Source: Thermotogota bacterium (GTDB lineage: Bacteria > Thermotogota > Thermotogae > Mesoaciditogales > Mesoaciditogaceae). Taken from it: 64,000 nucleotides of DNA. Position 1 is the first letter of the stretch; the number at the start of each line of letters is the position of its first letter. The notes under the pieces were generated by a model that worked only from the letters and a program-made list of their open reading frames with translations, ran no database searches and was not told the origin of the DNA. This document shows, piece after piece, positions 26,800-35,271 of the stretch. Both the position numbers and the translations under genes were made by a program. The stretch spans positions 15,337 to 79,336 of the forward strand of contig JALSLY010000069.1 in the NCBI GenBank assembly GCA_026988035.1, read 5' to 3'.

Positions 26800-27768
26800 A
26801 TGAAAAAGTTTTTGGTTATTTTCATGATTCTTACTTTTTTAGTATCAATAGGGGTATTTGCCACTACTATAAGAATAGGAGTAATTGGCAAAGCGGCAGA
26901 GGCTTATTGGTATCAAGTGAATCAGGGGGCGCAAGCTGCTGCAAAAGCATTAGGCATCAAAGTAGATTTTTTTGCTCCTCAAACAGAAAACATCCCAATG
27001 CAAATTTCTACCTTTCAGACTTATGTAGCTGAAGGATTCTCCGGAATTGCCATAGCTCCATCAGCCCCAGGGGCTATTGTTCCCTACATACATAAAGCAA
27101 TTTCTATGGGGATCCCTGTTGTAACAATAGATACCGACAGTGCTAGTAGCGACAGATATATCTATATTGGAACTGATAACTATGCAGCAGGATATATTGG
27201 CGGAAAGGAAATGGTGAAGTTACTTAACGGAAAGGGGAATGTAGTAATAATAACTGGTTCGCTTGTAGCATCAAATTCTTTGGAAAGAATAAAAGGATTT
27301 GAAGATGCGTTAAAAGGAACAAATGTTAAAGTCTTAACCCTTTTAAACGATAAAGAGGATGTCGCAAAAGCATTTTCGCTTGCTCAGTCAGCAATAGTAA
27401 CTTACGGTAAAAAGCTTAACGCATTCTATGGTGTTTACTATGAAGATGGCCCCGCTGAGGCTCTTGCCTTGAAATCTGCAGGGATGAAACCCGGCCAAGT
27501 AAAAGTAGTTTGTTTTGATATGGGACCAGATACTTTGAAATATACACGTGAAGGTTATATACAAGCTTCAACTGTTCAGAAACCATTTTTTATGGGTTAC
27601 TTAGGAGTTGTGACATTGTATAATATGGCAAAAATTTCTCCTACTTATACTATGATGATGCTTCCTAAAGATCATCATATAGATACAGGAATAACGTTAG
27701 TAACATCTAAAAATGTAAACCAGTATCTCGAAAATATGAAGAAACTTGGGGTCCCTCCAACATATTAG
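26800..27768 (+). CDS. sugar ABC transporter substrate-binding protein (periplasmic binding protein type I, RbsB/XylF-like)
   Basis: A signal/anchor peptide (MKKFLVIFMILTFLVSIGVFA) is followed by Peripla_BP-like blocks (GIAIAP, VVTIDTD, GTDNY.AG and a LERIKGF-type segment). Confidence 0.85.
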   Translation: MKKFLVIFMILTFLVSIGVFATTIRIGVIGKAAEAYWYQVNQGAQAAAKALGIKVDFFAPQTENIPMQISTFQTYVAEGFSGIAIAPSAPGAIVPYIHKAISMGIPVVTIDTDSASSDRYIYIGTDNYAAGYIGGKEMVKLLNGKGNVVIITGSLVASNSLERIKGFEDALKGTNVKVLTLLNDKEDVAKAFSLAQSAIVTYGKKLNAFYGVYYEDGPAEALALKSAGMKPGQVKVVCFDMGPDTLKYTREGYIQASTVQKPFFMGYLGVVTLYNMAKISPTYTMMMLPKDHHIDTGITLVTSKNVNQYLENMKKLGVPPTY

Positions 27769-27777
27769 TGAATTCTG

Positions 27778-27802
27778 AGGGCTTCTTTAGACAAGAAGCC
27801 CT
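27778..27802 (+). terminator. intra-operon stem-loop after the binding-protein gene
   Basis: AGGGCTTCTT (27778-27787) pairs perfectly with AAGAAGCCCT (27793-27802). The loop is 5 nt and is followed by TCTCTAAGCATTATTATT. Confidence 0.55.
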
Positions 27803-27941
27803 TCTCTAAGCATTATTATTAATATGCGAATAAACCTGACAAAGTAATGAAAAAAGAGCTATAAAAATGGAAATCTTTTAATTTTTTCTTCGGTTTGGAA
27901 AATTCAAAACATCGATCAAATATAAGAGAGGATGTTTAAAG

Positions 27942-28703
27942 TTGGAGTCTGAATATTTTTTTGAAGCAAGTCATATTACCAAAAAATTTGGTGCTGTAGT
28001 GGCAAATGATGATATAAGCTTTGGAATAAGAAAAGCTGAAATAGTGGGTTTAGTTGGAGATAACGGAGCTGGAAAGACTACCCTTGTGAAGCAGATTATG
28101 GGTGTTGAGCGCCCAACAAAAGGCGATTTTTATCTTGATGGCAAGAAAGTTGAAATTTCTTCTCCTACGGTAGCTAAGAGTTTAGGTATTAATGCAGTAT
28201 ATCAAGAATTGGCTCTTTTTCCGAGTTTGAGTATTGTTGAAAATATTTTTGCTGGTTCGCAGTTGACAGGCCCATTAGGTATTTCAAAGTGGAAAATCAT
28301 GAAGGAAAAAGCATACGAAAAATTGAGAGTTTTAATGAAAGACGAAGTACCACGAGTTGATACACCAGTTAAGGAATTATCAGGTGGCCAGAGGCAGGAA
28401 GTAGCTATAGCTCGTGCTTTACTATTCAACGTAAGATTGTTAATATTAGATGAGCCCACATCAGCTCTCTCTGTTAGGGAAAGGGAAAAAATTGGGGAAC
28501 TAGTTACTGCCTTAAAAGATCAAGGAATATCAATCATATATATTGGGCATAATATAGAGGAAGTGTTCAATTTGGTTGATAGGTTCATTATTTTGAGCAG
28601 AGGAAAGAAGATTGCTGATATAGAGAAAAAGAATACTTCTTTAGAAGAAGTTGTGGCTTTGATAGTTAGTGGTGGAGCGATCGGAAGATCCCACCTTAAA
28701 TAG
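27942..28703 (+). CDS. ABC transporter ATP-binding protein, single nucleotide-binding domain
   Basis: TTG start. Walker A GDNGAGKTT, Q-loop YQE, signature LSGGQRQ, Walker B LLILDEPTSAL and an H-loop (IGHN) are present. It is only 253 aa. Confidence 0.85.
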   Translation: MESEYFFEASHITKKFGAVVANDDISFGIRKAEIVGLVGDNGAGKTTLVKQIMGVERPTKGDFYLDGKKVEISSPTVAKSLGINAVYQELALFPSLSIVENIFAGSQLTGPLGISKWKIMKEKAYEKLRVLMKDEVPRVDTPVKELSGGQRQEVAIARALLFNVRLLILDEPTSALSVREREKIGELVTALKDQGISIIYIGHNIEEVFNLVDRFIILSRGKKIADIEKKNTSLEEVVALIVSGGAIGRSHLK

Positions 28704-28867
28704 ATTATTTACTTGCACAGCTATCCATTAAAAGTAGAGCTTTTTCACACTATATTATAAAGACTCACTTGGAAGTTATCCTATCAGCGAAGAACTTTAA
28801 AATGAGATTTAAAGAATATTAGCCGGATTGGGTGTTAGTTTTGAGATTGGATAAAGGAGGCACTTCC

Positions 28868-30193
28868 ATGAATAAAAGCTTTTTCGAAACTTCTAAGATA
28901 TCTTACGAAGGCCCAAAGTCAAAAAGCCCTTTGGCATTTAAGTACTATAACCCAGAGGAGATTGTTGATGGAAAGAAAATGTCAGAACATCTAAGGTTCT
29001 CTGTGGCATTTTGGCATACTTTCAATTACGGTGGTTCTGATCCATTTGGAACTGATACAATGATGCGACCCTGGTCGAAGGTATCAAATCCCATGGATTT
29101 AGCCTTAGCTAAGATCGATGCGCTCTTTGAATTTTGTGAAAAACTGAATGTCGAATATTTTTGCTTTCATGATAGAGACATTGCACCAGAGGAAAGCACA
29201 TTGAGAGAAACGAACAAGAATTTGGACATTGTTGTCGATCACATCAAAGACCATATGAAAACCAGTAGGGTCAAAGTTCTTTGGGTAACCGCTAATATGT
29301 TCTCCAATCCAAGATACGTTCATGGAGCAGCTACTTCTCCAAATGCCGATGTTTTTGCATATGCGGCTGCACAAGTTAAGAAAGCCCTTGAAATCGCGAG
29401 AGAAGTTGGAGCCCAAAACTATGTTTTTTGGGGAGGGCGAGAGGGTTATGACACCTTATTGAATACCGATATGGAATTTGAACTCGAGAACATGGCAAGA
29501 TTTTTGCACATGGCCGTAGATTATGCTAAAGAAATTGGTTTTGATGGGCAATTTCTCTTAGAGCCCAAGCCTAAGGAACCAACAAAGCACCAATACGATT
29601 TTGATGCCGCAAGTGCTATTGCTTTTTTACAAAGGTATGATCTTTCAGATCATTTCAAACTGAACATAGAAGCAAACCATGCCACTCTTGCAGGACATAC
29701 ATTTCAACATGAGCTTATGTATGCACGCATCAACGATAAGCTTGGGAGTATAGATGCAAATCAAGGTGATCTCTTGCTTGGATGGGATGTTGACAGGTTT
29801 CCAACCAATCTTTATGAAGCAACTTTAGCGATGCACGAAGTTATAAAAAACGGTGGTCTGCACAAAGGTGGTCTTAACTTTGATGCCAAAGTCAGACGGG
29901 CATCTTTCAAAACAGAAGATCTCTTCGTTGTGCATGTAGCCGGTATGGATACGTTTGCCGCAGGTTGGAAAATAGCTCATAAAATCATTAAAGATGGCTT
30001 GGTCGACAAAATTGTATCTGACAGATACGCAAGTTATCAATATGGAATAGGAAAAGAAATTGTTTCAGGAAAAGCAAGTTTCAAAACTTTGGAAGAGTAT
30101 ATAATTGATAAATCAGAAATATTAAACGACTCTGGAATGCAAGAGTACCTGGAATCTTTAATAAATCAATACTTGCTAAATTACGATGATTGA
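28868..30193 (+). CDS. xylA: xylose isomerase
   Basis: The ATG at 28868 follows AAGGAGG. The class II XylA motifs [58 protein letters not shown]...GWD.D.FP and GGLNFDAK are present. Confidence 0.95.
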   Translation: MNKSFFETSKISYEGPKSKSPLAFKYYNPEEIVDGKKMSEHLRFSVAFWHTFNYGGSDPFGTDTMMRPWSKVSNPMDLALAKIDALFEFCEKLNVEYFCFHDRDIAPEESTLRETNKNLDIVVDHIKDHMKTSRVKVLWVTANMFSNPRYVHGAATSPNADVFAYAAAQVKKALEIAREVGAQNYVFWGGREGYDTLLNTDMEFELENMARFLHMAVDYAKEIGFDGQFLLEPKPKEPTKHQYDFDAASAIAFLQRYDLSDHFKLNIEANHATLAGHTFQHELMYARINDKLGSIDANQGDLLLGWDVDRFPTNLYEATLAMHEVIKNGGLHKGGLNFDAKVRRASFKTEDLFVVHVAGMDTFAAGWKIAHKIIKDGLVDKIVSDRYASYQYGIGKEIVSGKASFKTLEEYIIDKSEILNDSGMQEYLESLINQYLLNYDD

Positions 30194-30215
30194 ATCTTAA
30201 CATGTGGAGGTAGAC

Positions 30216-31742
30216 ATGCTTTTAGGAATAGATCTTGGTACAACGGGAGTAAAACTTGTGGCCATTTCTGAGGAAGGTAATATTTTGTTTAAGCATTTTG
30301 AAAGCTACAAACTTTACACACCAAAATCTGGATGGATGGAAGAAAAGCCTGAAGAATGGTGGAAAGCAATTTTGAAAGCGTTGAAAATGGCAACGAATGC
30401 TTTAGACCCAAATGCGAAAAAAATAACTTCAATGGCTTTAAGCGGTCAAATGCATGGTTCAGTTTTTTTGAGTGAAAAGGGAGAAGTTATAAGACCTGCT
30501 ATACTGTGGAACGACACACGTAGCTTTGCTCAAAGGAAGGAGATCGAGAATCGTGTTGGAAAAAAAGTTTTGCTTGAAAAAGTTCAGAATCTTCCCCTTG
30601 AAGGCTTTACAGCTCCAAAGATATTGTGGTTGAAAGAAAACGAGCCTGAAAACTACTCCAAAGTTTGGAAGATCTTGTTACCAAAGGATTATATAAACTA
30701 CAAACTAACAGGAAAAGTTGTCACTGAGTATACAGATGCTTCTGGAACGGCACTTTTTAACGTTGTCCATCGAAAGTGGTCAGAAGAAGTGATTGAGAAA
30801 GCGGGATTGAATTTTGAGCACTTTCCCGAAGTTGTGGGCTCGACAGCGATAATTGGAAAGATCTCAAAGGATGTTGCACGCAAAACAGGTATAAACCCAA
30901 ACTGTGTTGTTGTGGCAGGTGGTGCAGATAACGCTTGCGGTGCAACAGGAGCTGGGGTTGTGAAAGATGGACAAGCGCTTGTAAGCGTAGGATCATCCGG
31001 AGTTGTCTTGATCCCAACAGGCGATCCGAATAAGCGAGATCCAGCTGGAAGACTTCATTTTTTCAACCACACAACAGGTAAATGGTACAACATGGCTGTT
31101 ACCCTCTCAGCTGGACTATCTTTAAGGTGGTTCAAAGATAATTTTTGCCAAGAAGAAATTAAAAACAATAAAAATAAAGACATCTACGATTTATTGGTTG
31201 AAAAAGCTGAAACCGTTCCAGCAGCAAGTGAGGGTCTTTTATTCTTGCCATATCTCAATGGAGAAAGGACACCACACATGAATGCGAAGATAAGAGGATT
31301 GTTCACCAACATTTCTATTCGTCACACAAAAGCTCATTTTATTCGAAGCATTCTTGAAGGTGTCGCTTATTCACTCAGAGATTGCCTCGAAGTAATGAGA
31401 AAGCAAGAAATGAGAGTAGAGAAAGTGAGAATTGTAGGTGGGGGTGCCAAAAGTAAATTTTGGCTTCAGATCATGTCTGATATTTTAAATGTTGAGATAG
31501 AAACTTTGAAGACAAACGAAGGTCCGGCCTTTGGCGCAGCTTTAATCGCAGGGGTGGGTTGTGGTCTGTATAAAAATATTAGCGATGCGGTAAAAATAGC
31601 TGTCAAGACATCTAAGTCTATATTCCCCACCGAAAATGCTCAAAAATACGATCAAACATATAGACTTTATAAAGAATTTTACGAATCTACACATGTACTT
31701 ATGGAAAAATCATTTGATATAGAAACAAAGTGGAAGCATTAA
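30216..31742 (+). CDS. xylB: xylulokinase (FGGY family)
   Basis: The ATG at 30216 follows GGAGGT. MLLGIDLGTTGVK, LSGQMHG, ILWND.R, GGADNACGA.GAG, PYL.GERTPH and GGGAKS..W.QI..D are present, and the gene is adjacent to xylA. Confidence 0.9.
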   Translation: MLLGIDLGTTGVKLVAISEEGNILFKHFESYKLYTPKSGWMEEKPEEWWKAILKALKMATNALDPNAKKITSMALSGQMHGSVFLSEKGEVIRPAILWNDTRSFAQRKEIENRVGKKVLLEKVQNLPLEGFTAPKILWLKENEPENYSKVWKILLPKDYINYKLTGKVVTEYTDASGTALFNVVHRKWSEEVIEKAGLNFEHFPEVVGSTAIIGKISKDVARKTGINPNCVVVAGGADNACGATGAGVVKDGQALVSVGSSGVVLIPTGDPNKRDPAGRLHFFNHTTGKWYNMAVTLSAGLSLRWFKDNFCQEEIKNNKNKDIYDLLVEKAETVPAASEGLLFLPYLNGERTPHMNAKIRGLFTNISIRHTKAHFIRSILEGVAYSLRDCLEVMRKQEMRVEKVRIVGGGAKSKFWLQIMSDILNVEIETLKTNEGPAFGAALIAGVGCGLYKNISDAVKIAVKTSKSIFPTENAQKYDQTYRLYKEFYESTHVLMEKSFDIETKWKH

Positions 31743-31879
31743 CTCACTGGTTCATCGGTGTTTCCATTTTGTTTGGCTACTTTGAGAGCTTCTATGTAAC
31801 ACCTTCCACCGCTACGCGGTCTTCCTCTCAACTGTCGCTTGCTCCTATGGTAAAAGCATTTTTGACTCAGTATTACTCT

Positions 31880-32010
31880 ACTCAGATTGTGCACGAACAT
31901 TACAAGGCGATTGAAAACTATAAAAAAAGAGGTTTTTCACATCTATCGCTTGAAAAGCGATGTTTACTTGATAAATACTCATAGGTTGTAAAGTTGACGC
32001 ACAACGTGAG
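31880..32010 (+). repeat. dispersed non-coding MITE-like element, copy B (minimal, about 131 nt)
   Basis: It begins ACTCAGATTGTGCACGAACATTACAAGG and ends TTGTAAAGTTGACGCACAACGTGAG. The two ends are imperfect inverted repeats. TTACTCT occurs directly on both flanks (31873-31879 and 32011-32017). Confidence 0.7.
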
Positions 32011-32133
32011 TTACTCTATTCTTTTTGAATATGATGATGCATACGACTTTTTGTAGTAAAATGATATAAGGATATGAATGGTTGTGAATGGATAGCTGTA
32101 AATTCAATTTTCTCATTGTTAGGAGGCTAAAAA

Positions 32134-33072
32134 ATGGCTCAAAAGACGAAAGTAATCGTTACAGGTGGTGCTGGATTTATAGGATCCAACTTAGTTGATG
32201 CATTGTTGGAGCGAGGGATGACACCAATTGTAGTTGATGATCTTTCAACAGGAGAACGAAAAAATGTGGATCAAAGTGCTGTTATGTATCGACAAGATAT
32301 CCGAGATATTGTGGGATTAGAAGAAATCTTTAAGGCTTACAGGCCAACTTACGTGTTCCATTTAGCCGCTCAGATATCGGTTTCAAGATCTGTTAGAGAA
32401 CCTGTCTATGATGAGGAAGTAAACATCAAGGGAATTTTGAACGTTTTGGAGTTGTCAGTCAAATATGGAGTGAAAAAGTTCATCTTTTCATCTTCTGGTG
32501 GCGTTATGTATGGTGAAAATCCTGAAGTTTTTCCAACTCCAGAAACGACTTGCCCGGATCCGGTTTCTCCTTATGGAATTGCGAAACTAAGTGGAGAGAA
32601 ATATTTGAATTTCTACGGTAAAGAAAAAGGTTTGAGATACACCGTTTTAAGATATGGAAATGTGTACGGACCGCGTCAAAGTCCTGATGGAGAGGCTGGC
32701 GTTATAGCGATCTTTGCCAAAAAGATGCTCAAGGGAGCACCTGTTACGATAAATGGCGATGGGGAATACATACGAGATTATATTTATGTAAGAGATGTAG
32801 TTGAAGCGAATTTGCTTGCTCTTGAAAAAGGTGATGGTGAAATCTTCAACATCGGAACTGGTATTGGAAAGAGTGTGAATGATGTCTTTAATGCTTTAAG
32901 AGAACATATCAGTTATGATTCTGATCCGATTTATGGGCCACCACGTCCAGGTGATCTGAGAAAAAGTGTGCTTGATATTTCTCACGCGCAGAAAATTCTT
33001 GGATGGAAACCTGTCTACTCTTTCGAAAACGGCTTAGGCGAAACAGTAGATTTTTTCAGGAAAAACGTGTAA
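32134..33072 (+). CDS. NAD-dependent epimerase/dehydratase (UDP-glucose 4-epimerase-like)
   Basis: Rossmann motif VTGGAGFIGSNL, the SS triad serine region and YGIAKLSGEKY (YxxxK). The 312-aa short-chain GalE-type length fits. Confidence 0.8.
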   Translation: MAQKTKVIVTGGAGFIGSNLVDALLERGMTPIVVDDLSTGERKNVDQSAVMYRQDIRDIVGLEEIFKAYRPTYVFHLAAQISVSRSVREPVYDEEVNIKGILNVLELSVKYGVKKFIFSSSGGVMYGENPEVFPTPETTCPDPVSPYGIAKLSGEKYLNFYGKEKGLRYTVLRYGNVYGPRQSPDGEAGVIAIFAKKMLKGAPVTINGDGEYIRDYIYVRDVVEANLLALEKGDGEIFNIGTGIGKSVNDVFNALREHISYDSDPIYGPPRPGDLRKSVLDISHAQKILGWKPVYSFENGLGETVDFFRKNV

Positions 33073-33094
33073 ACGGCTTAGAAGGTGAGAGCTT

Positions 33095-34384
33095 TTGCAA
33101 AAAAGCCTTTGGAATGAAGAACCTTTAGCTTCGAGGGTAAGGCCAAAAGATTTCAATGAATTCGTAGGTCAAGATCATCTACTTTCAAAAGGTATGCCCT
33201 TAAGGGTTGCAATTGAGAGCGATAAACTTTACAGTTGTATTCTTTATGGTCCACCAGGGTGTGGAAAGACTTCGCTTGCAGAAATAATAAAAAACCGCAC
33301 GAAAAATGACTTTAAGCATTTTAGTGCCGCAACTCAAGGTGTTGGTATCCTTAAACCTATGATGAAAGAAGCAAAAGAAGTATTTTCGAGAACAGGGCGT
33401 CCGACAGTGATCTTTGTTGATGAAATTCATAGGTTCAGCAAATCTCAACAAGATACAATGCTTCCTTATGTTGAAGATGGCTCTGTGATACTCATAGGTG
33501 CTACGACTGAAAATCCAAGCTTCGAAATAATTCCAGCGCTTCTCTCGCGATGTCGTGTTTTTACATTCAATCCTCTTTCAAAAGAAGATGTGATATTCAT
33601 ACTTAAAAAAGCACTCAAAACAGAAGGAATTACATTTGAGGATTCGGAACTTGATATTATTGCAGAAATGTCTGGAGGAGATGCACGCACAGCTTTAAAT
33701 TCGCTTGAAGAAGCGATGGAGTTAGCAAGACAAAGTGGACTCTCTAAAGTAACAAATGTGGAGAAGCTGATTCAAAAGTCACTTCCACGGTACAGAAAAC
33801 ATGCTGATGAGCACTATGATTTCATATCGGCACTTCACAAATCTATGCGTGGCAGCGATCCTGACGCAGCTGTTTATTATCTTGCATCAATGTTAGAGTC
33901 AGGCGAAGATCCTCTCTATATTGCCAGAAGAGTTGTCAGATTTGCATCAGAGGATATTGGTTTGGCAGATCCAAGAGCGTTAAACATTGCAATCGATGCC
34001 TACCAAGCTGCGCATTTCATCGGAATGCCCGAATGCACAACAGCTCTTGCTCAAGCCGTGATATACTGTGCTGTAGCACCGAAAAGCAACGCTGTGTATC
34101 GTGCTTATGTAAAGGCTTCGGAAGATGTGAAAGCTCATCCTTATGAGAAGGCGCCAATGATGCTTCGAAATGCTCCAACGAAGTTGATGAAGGACATGGG
34201 TTATGGGAAGGGTTACATTTATCAGCATGATGTAAAGGGTGCCTTTTTGGTGCGAAATTATCTACCGGCAAGATTGAAAGGAAAAGTGTTTTACCAACCA
34301 ACGAATAGAGGGCTTGAGAGCAAGATAAAAGAAAAACTGGAAAAACTTTGGAAGGATTTTAAAAAATGGGAGGACACCCAATGA
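33095..34384 (+). CDS. rarA: replication-associated recombination protein A (AAA+ ATPase MgsA/RarA)
   Basis: PLA.RVRPK.F.EFVGQ.HLL, Walker [12 protein letters not shown], Walker [18 protein letters not shown]...LIGATTENP and the C-terminal MgsA_C blocks ([21 protein letters not shown]) are present. Confidence 0.9.
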   Translation: MQKSLWNEEPLASRVRPKDFNEFVGQDHLLSKGMPLRVAIESDKLYSCILYGPPGCGKTSLAEIIKNRTKNDFKHFSAATQGVGILKPMMKEAKEVFSRTGRPTVIFVDEIHRFSKSQQDTMLPYVEDGSVILIGATTENPSFEIIPALLSRCRVFTFNPLSKEDVIFILKKALKTEGITFEDSELDIIAEMSGGDARTALNSLEEAMELARQSGLSKVTNVEKLIQKSLPRYRKHADEHYDFISALHKSMRGSDPDAAVYYLASMLESGEDPLYIARRVVRFASEDIGLADPRALNIAIDAYQAAHFIGMPECTTALAQAVIYCAVAPKSNAVYRAYVKASEDVKAHPYEKAPMMLRNAPTKLMKDMGYGKGYIYQHDVKGAFLVRNYLPARLKGKVFYQPTNRGLESKIKEKLEKLWKDFKKWEDTQ

Positions 34385-35271
34385 AGAAAATCGTGTTTTG
34401 GTCTATAGTCGCAGCTGTAAGTGTGGCTTTATTCTTCTTTCTACGTGAAGTTTTTGCAGGAAACATCATACTCGATCCTTACGCTGTTAATCTTCCGTTC
34501 TTACACATCAAATGGTACGGCGTGATTATAGGAAGTTCTGTGGTTGTTGCTTACCTTATCGCACGTAATCAACTTTTGAAAGAAGGGGTAAAGGAAGACG
34601 AGTTCCTGATGGCGATGGTTGTAGCAATATTTTTTGCGGTTGTTGGAGGGCGATTGTACTATGTGGCATTCACATGGAATGAGTATTTTTCAAAACATCT
34701 CTGGCAGATACCACAACCGTGGACTGGAGGAATGGCAATCCATGGAGTACTTTTCGGAACTTTTTTTGCAGGATGGTTGTTTGTAAAATTAAAAAAGAAT
34801 TGTTCTTTTACTTATTTGCAATCCATGGATGCCTTTACAATGGTTGCACCTTTTGCTCAGGCAATGGGAAGATGGGGAAATTTTTTCAATTACGAAGCTT
34901 ATGGGGCTCCAACAAACCTTCCTTGGAAGATGTTTGTTCCACTTCAATATAGAATGCCACAGTATGCAAATTACAGTTATTTTTATCCTACCTTTCTCTT
35001 TGAATCCATAGCAAATCTTTTTGTTTTTTACATTCTTTACACTTATACAAAGAAAAGACGCAAGAAATATGGGCAGACGTTTTCGTTGTACCTTATACTT
35101 TATTCTACCTTCAGATTTTTTAATGAGGCATTTAGAACTGACAGTTTGTGGTTTTACAATCTCAGAATTGCACAGGTAGTTTCGGTTATTCTAATAATAA
35201 TAGGAGCCATAACATTTGCGTACGTTTCTAAAAAAGGCAAGGAAGTTCAAACGGAGGTGGTGAGATCTTGA
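34381..35271 (+). CDS. lgt: prolipoprotein diacylglyceryl transferase
   Basis: IKWYGV, GGRLYYV, GGMAIHG and the signature GRWGNFFN.EA.G are present. The ATG at 34381 overlaps the rarA stop (ATGA). Confidence 0.9.
   Translation: MKKIVFWSIVAAVSVALFFFLREVFAGNIILDPYAVNLPFLHIKWYGVIIGSSVVVAYLIARNQLLKEGVKEDEFLMAMVVAIFFAVVGGRLYYVAFTWNEYFSKHLWQIPQPWTGGMAIHGVLFGTFFAGWLFVKLKKNCSFTYLQSMDAFTMVAPFAQAMGRWGNFFNYEAYGAPTNLPWKMFVPLQYRMPQYANYSYFYPTFLFESIANLFVFYILYTYTKKRRKKYGQTFSLYLILYSTFRFFNEAFRTDSLWFYNLRIAQVVSVILIIIGAITFAYVSKKGKEVQTEVVRS

Noticed and set aside
31730-31984. An 84-aa plus-strand ORF spanning the xylB stop and element copy B; similarly, an 83-aa minus-strand ORF at 50964-51215 in copy C.
   Set aside because: Both lie entirely in repeat or intergenic sequence, lack an RBS, and are not homologous to each other despite the shared DNA. 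They are unlikely to be genes.
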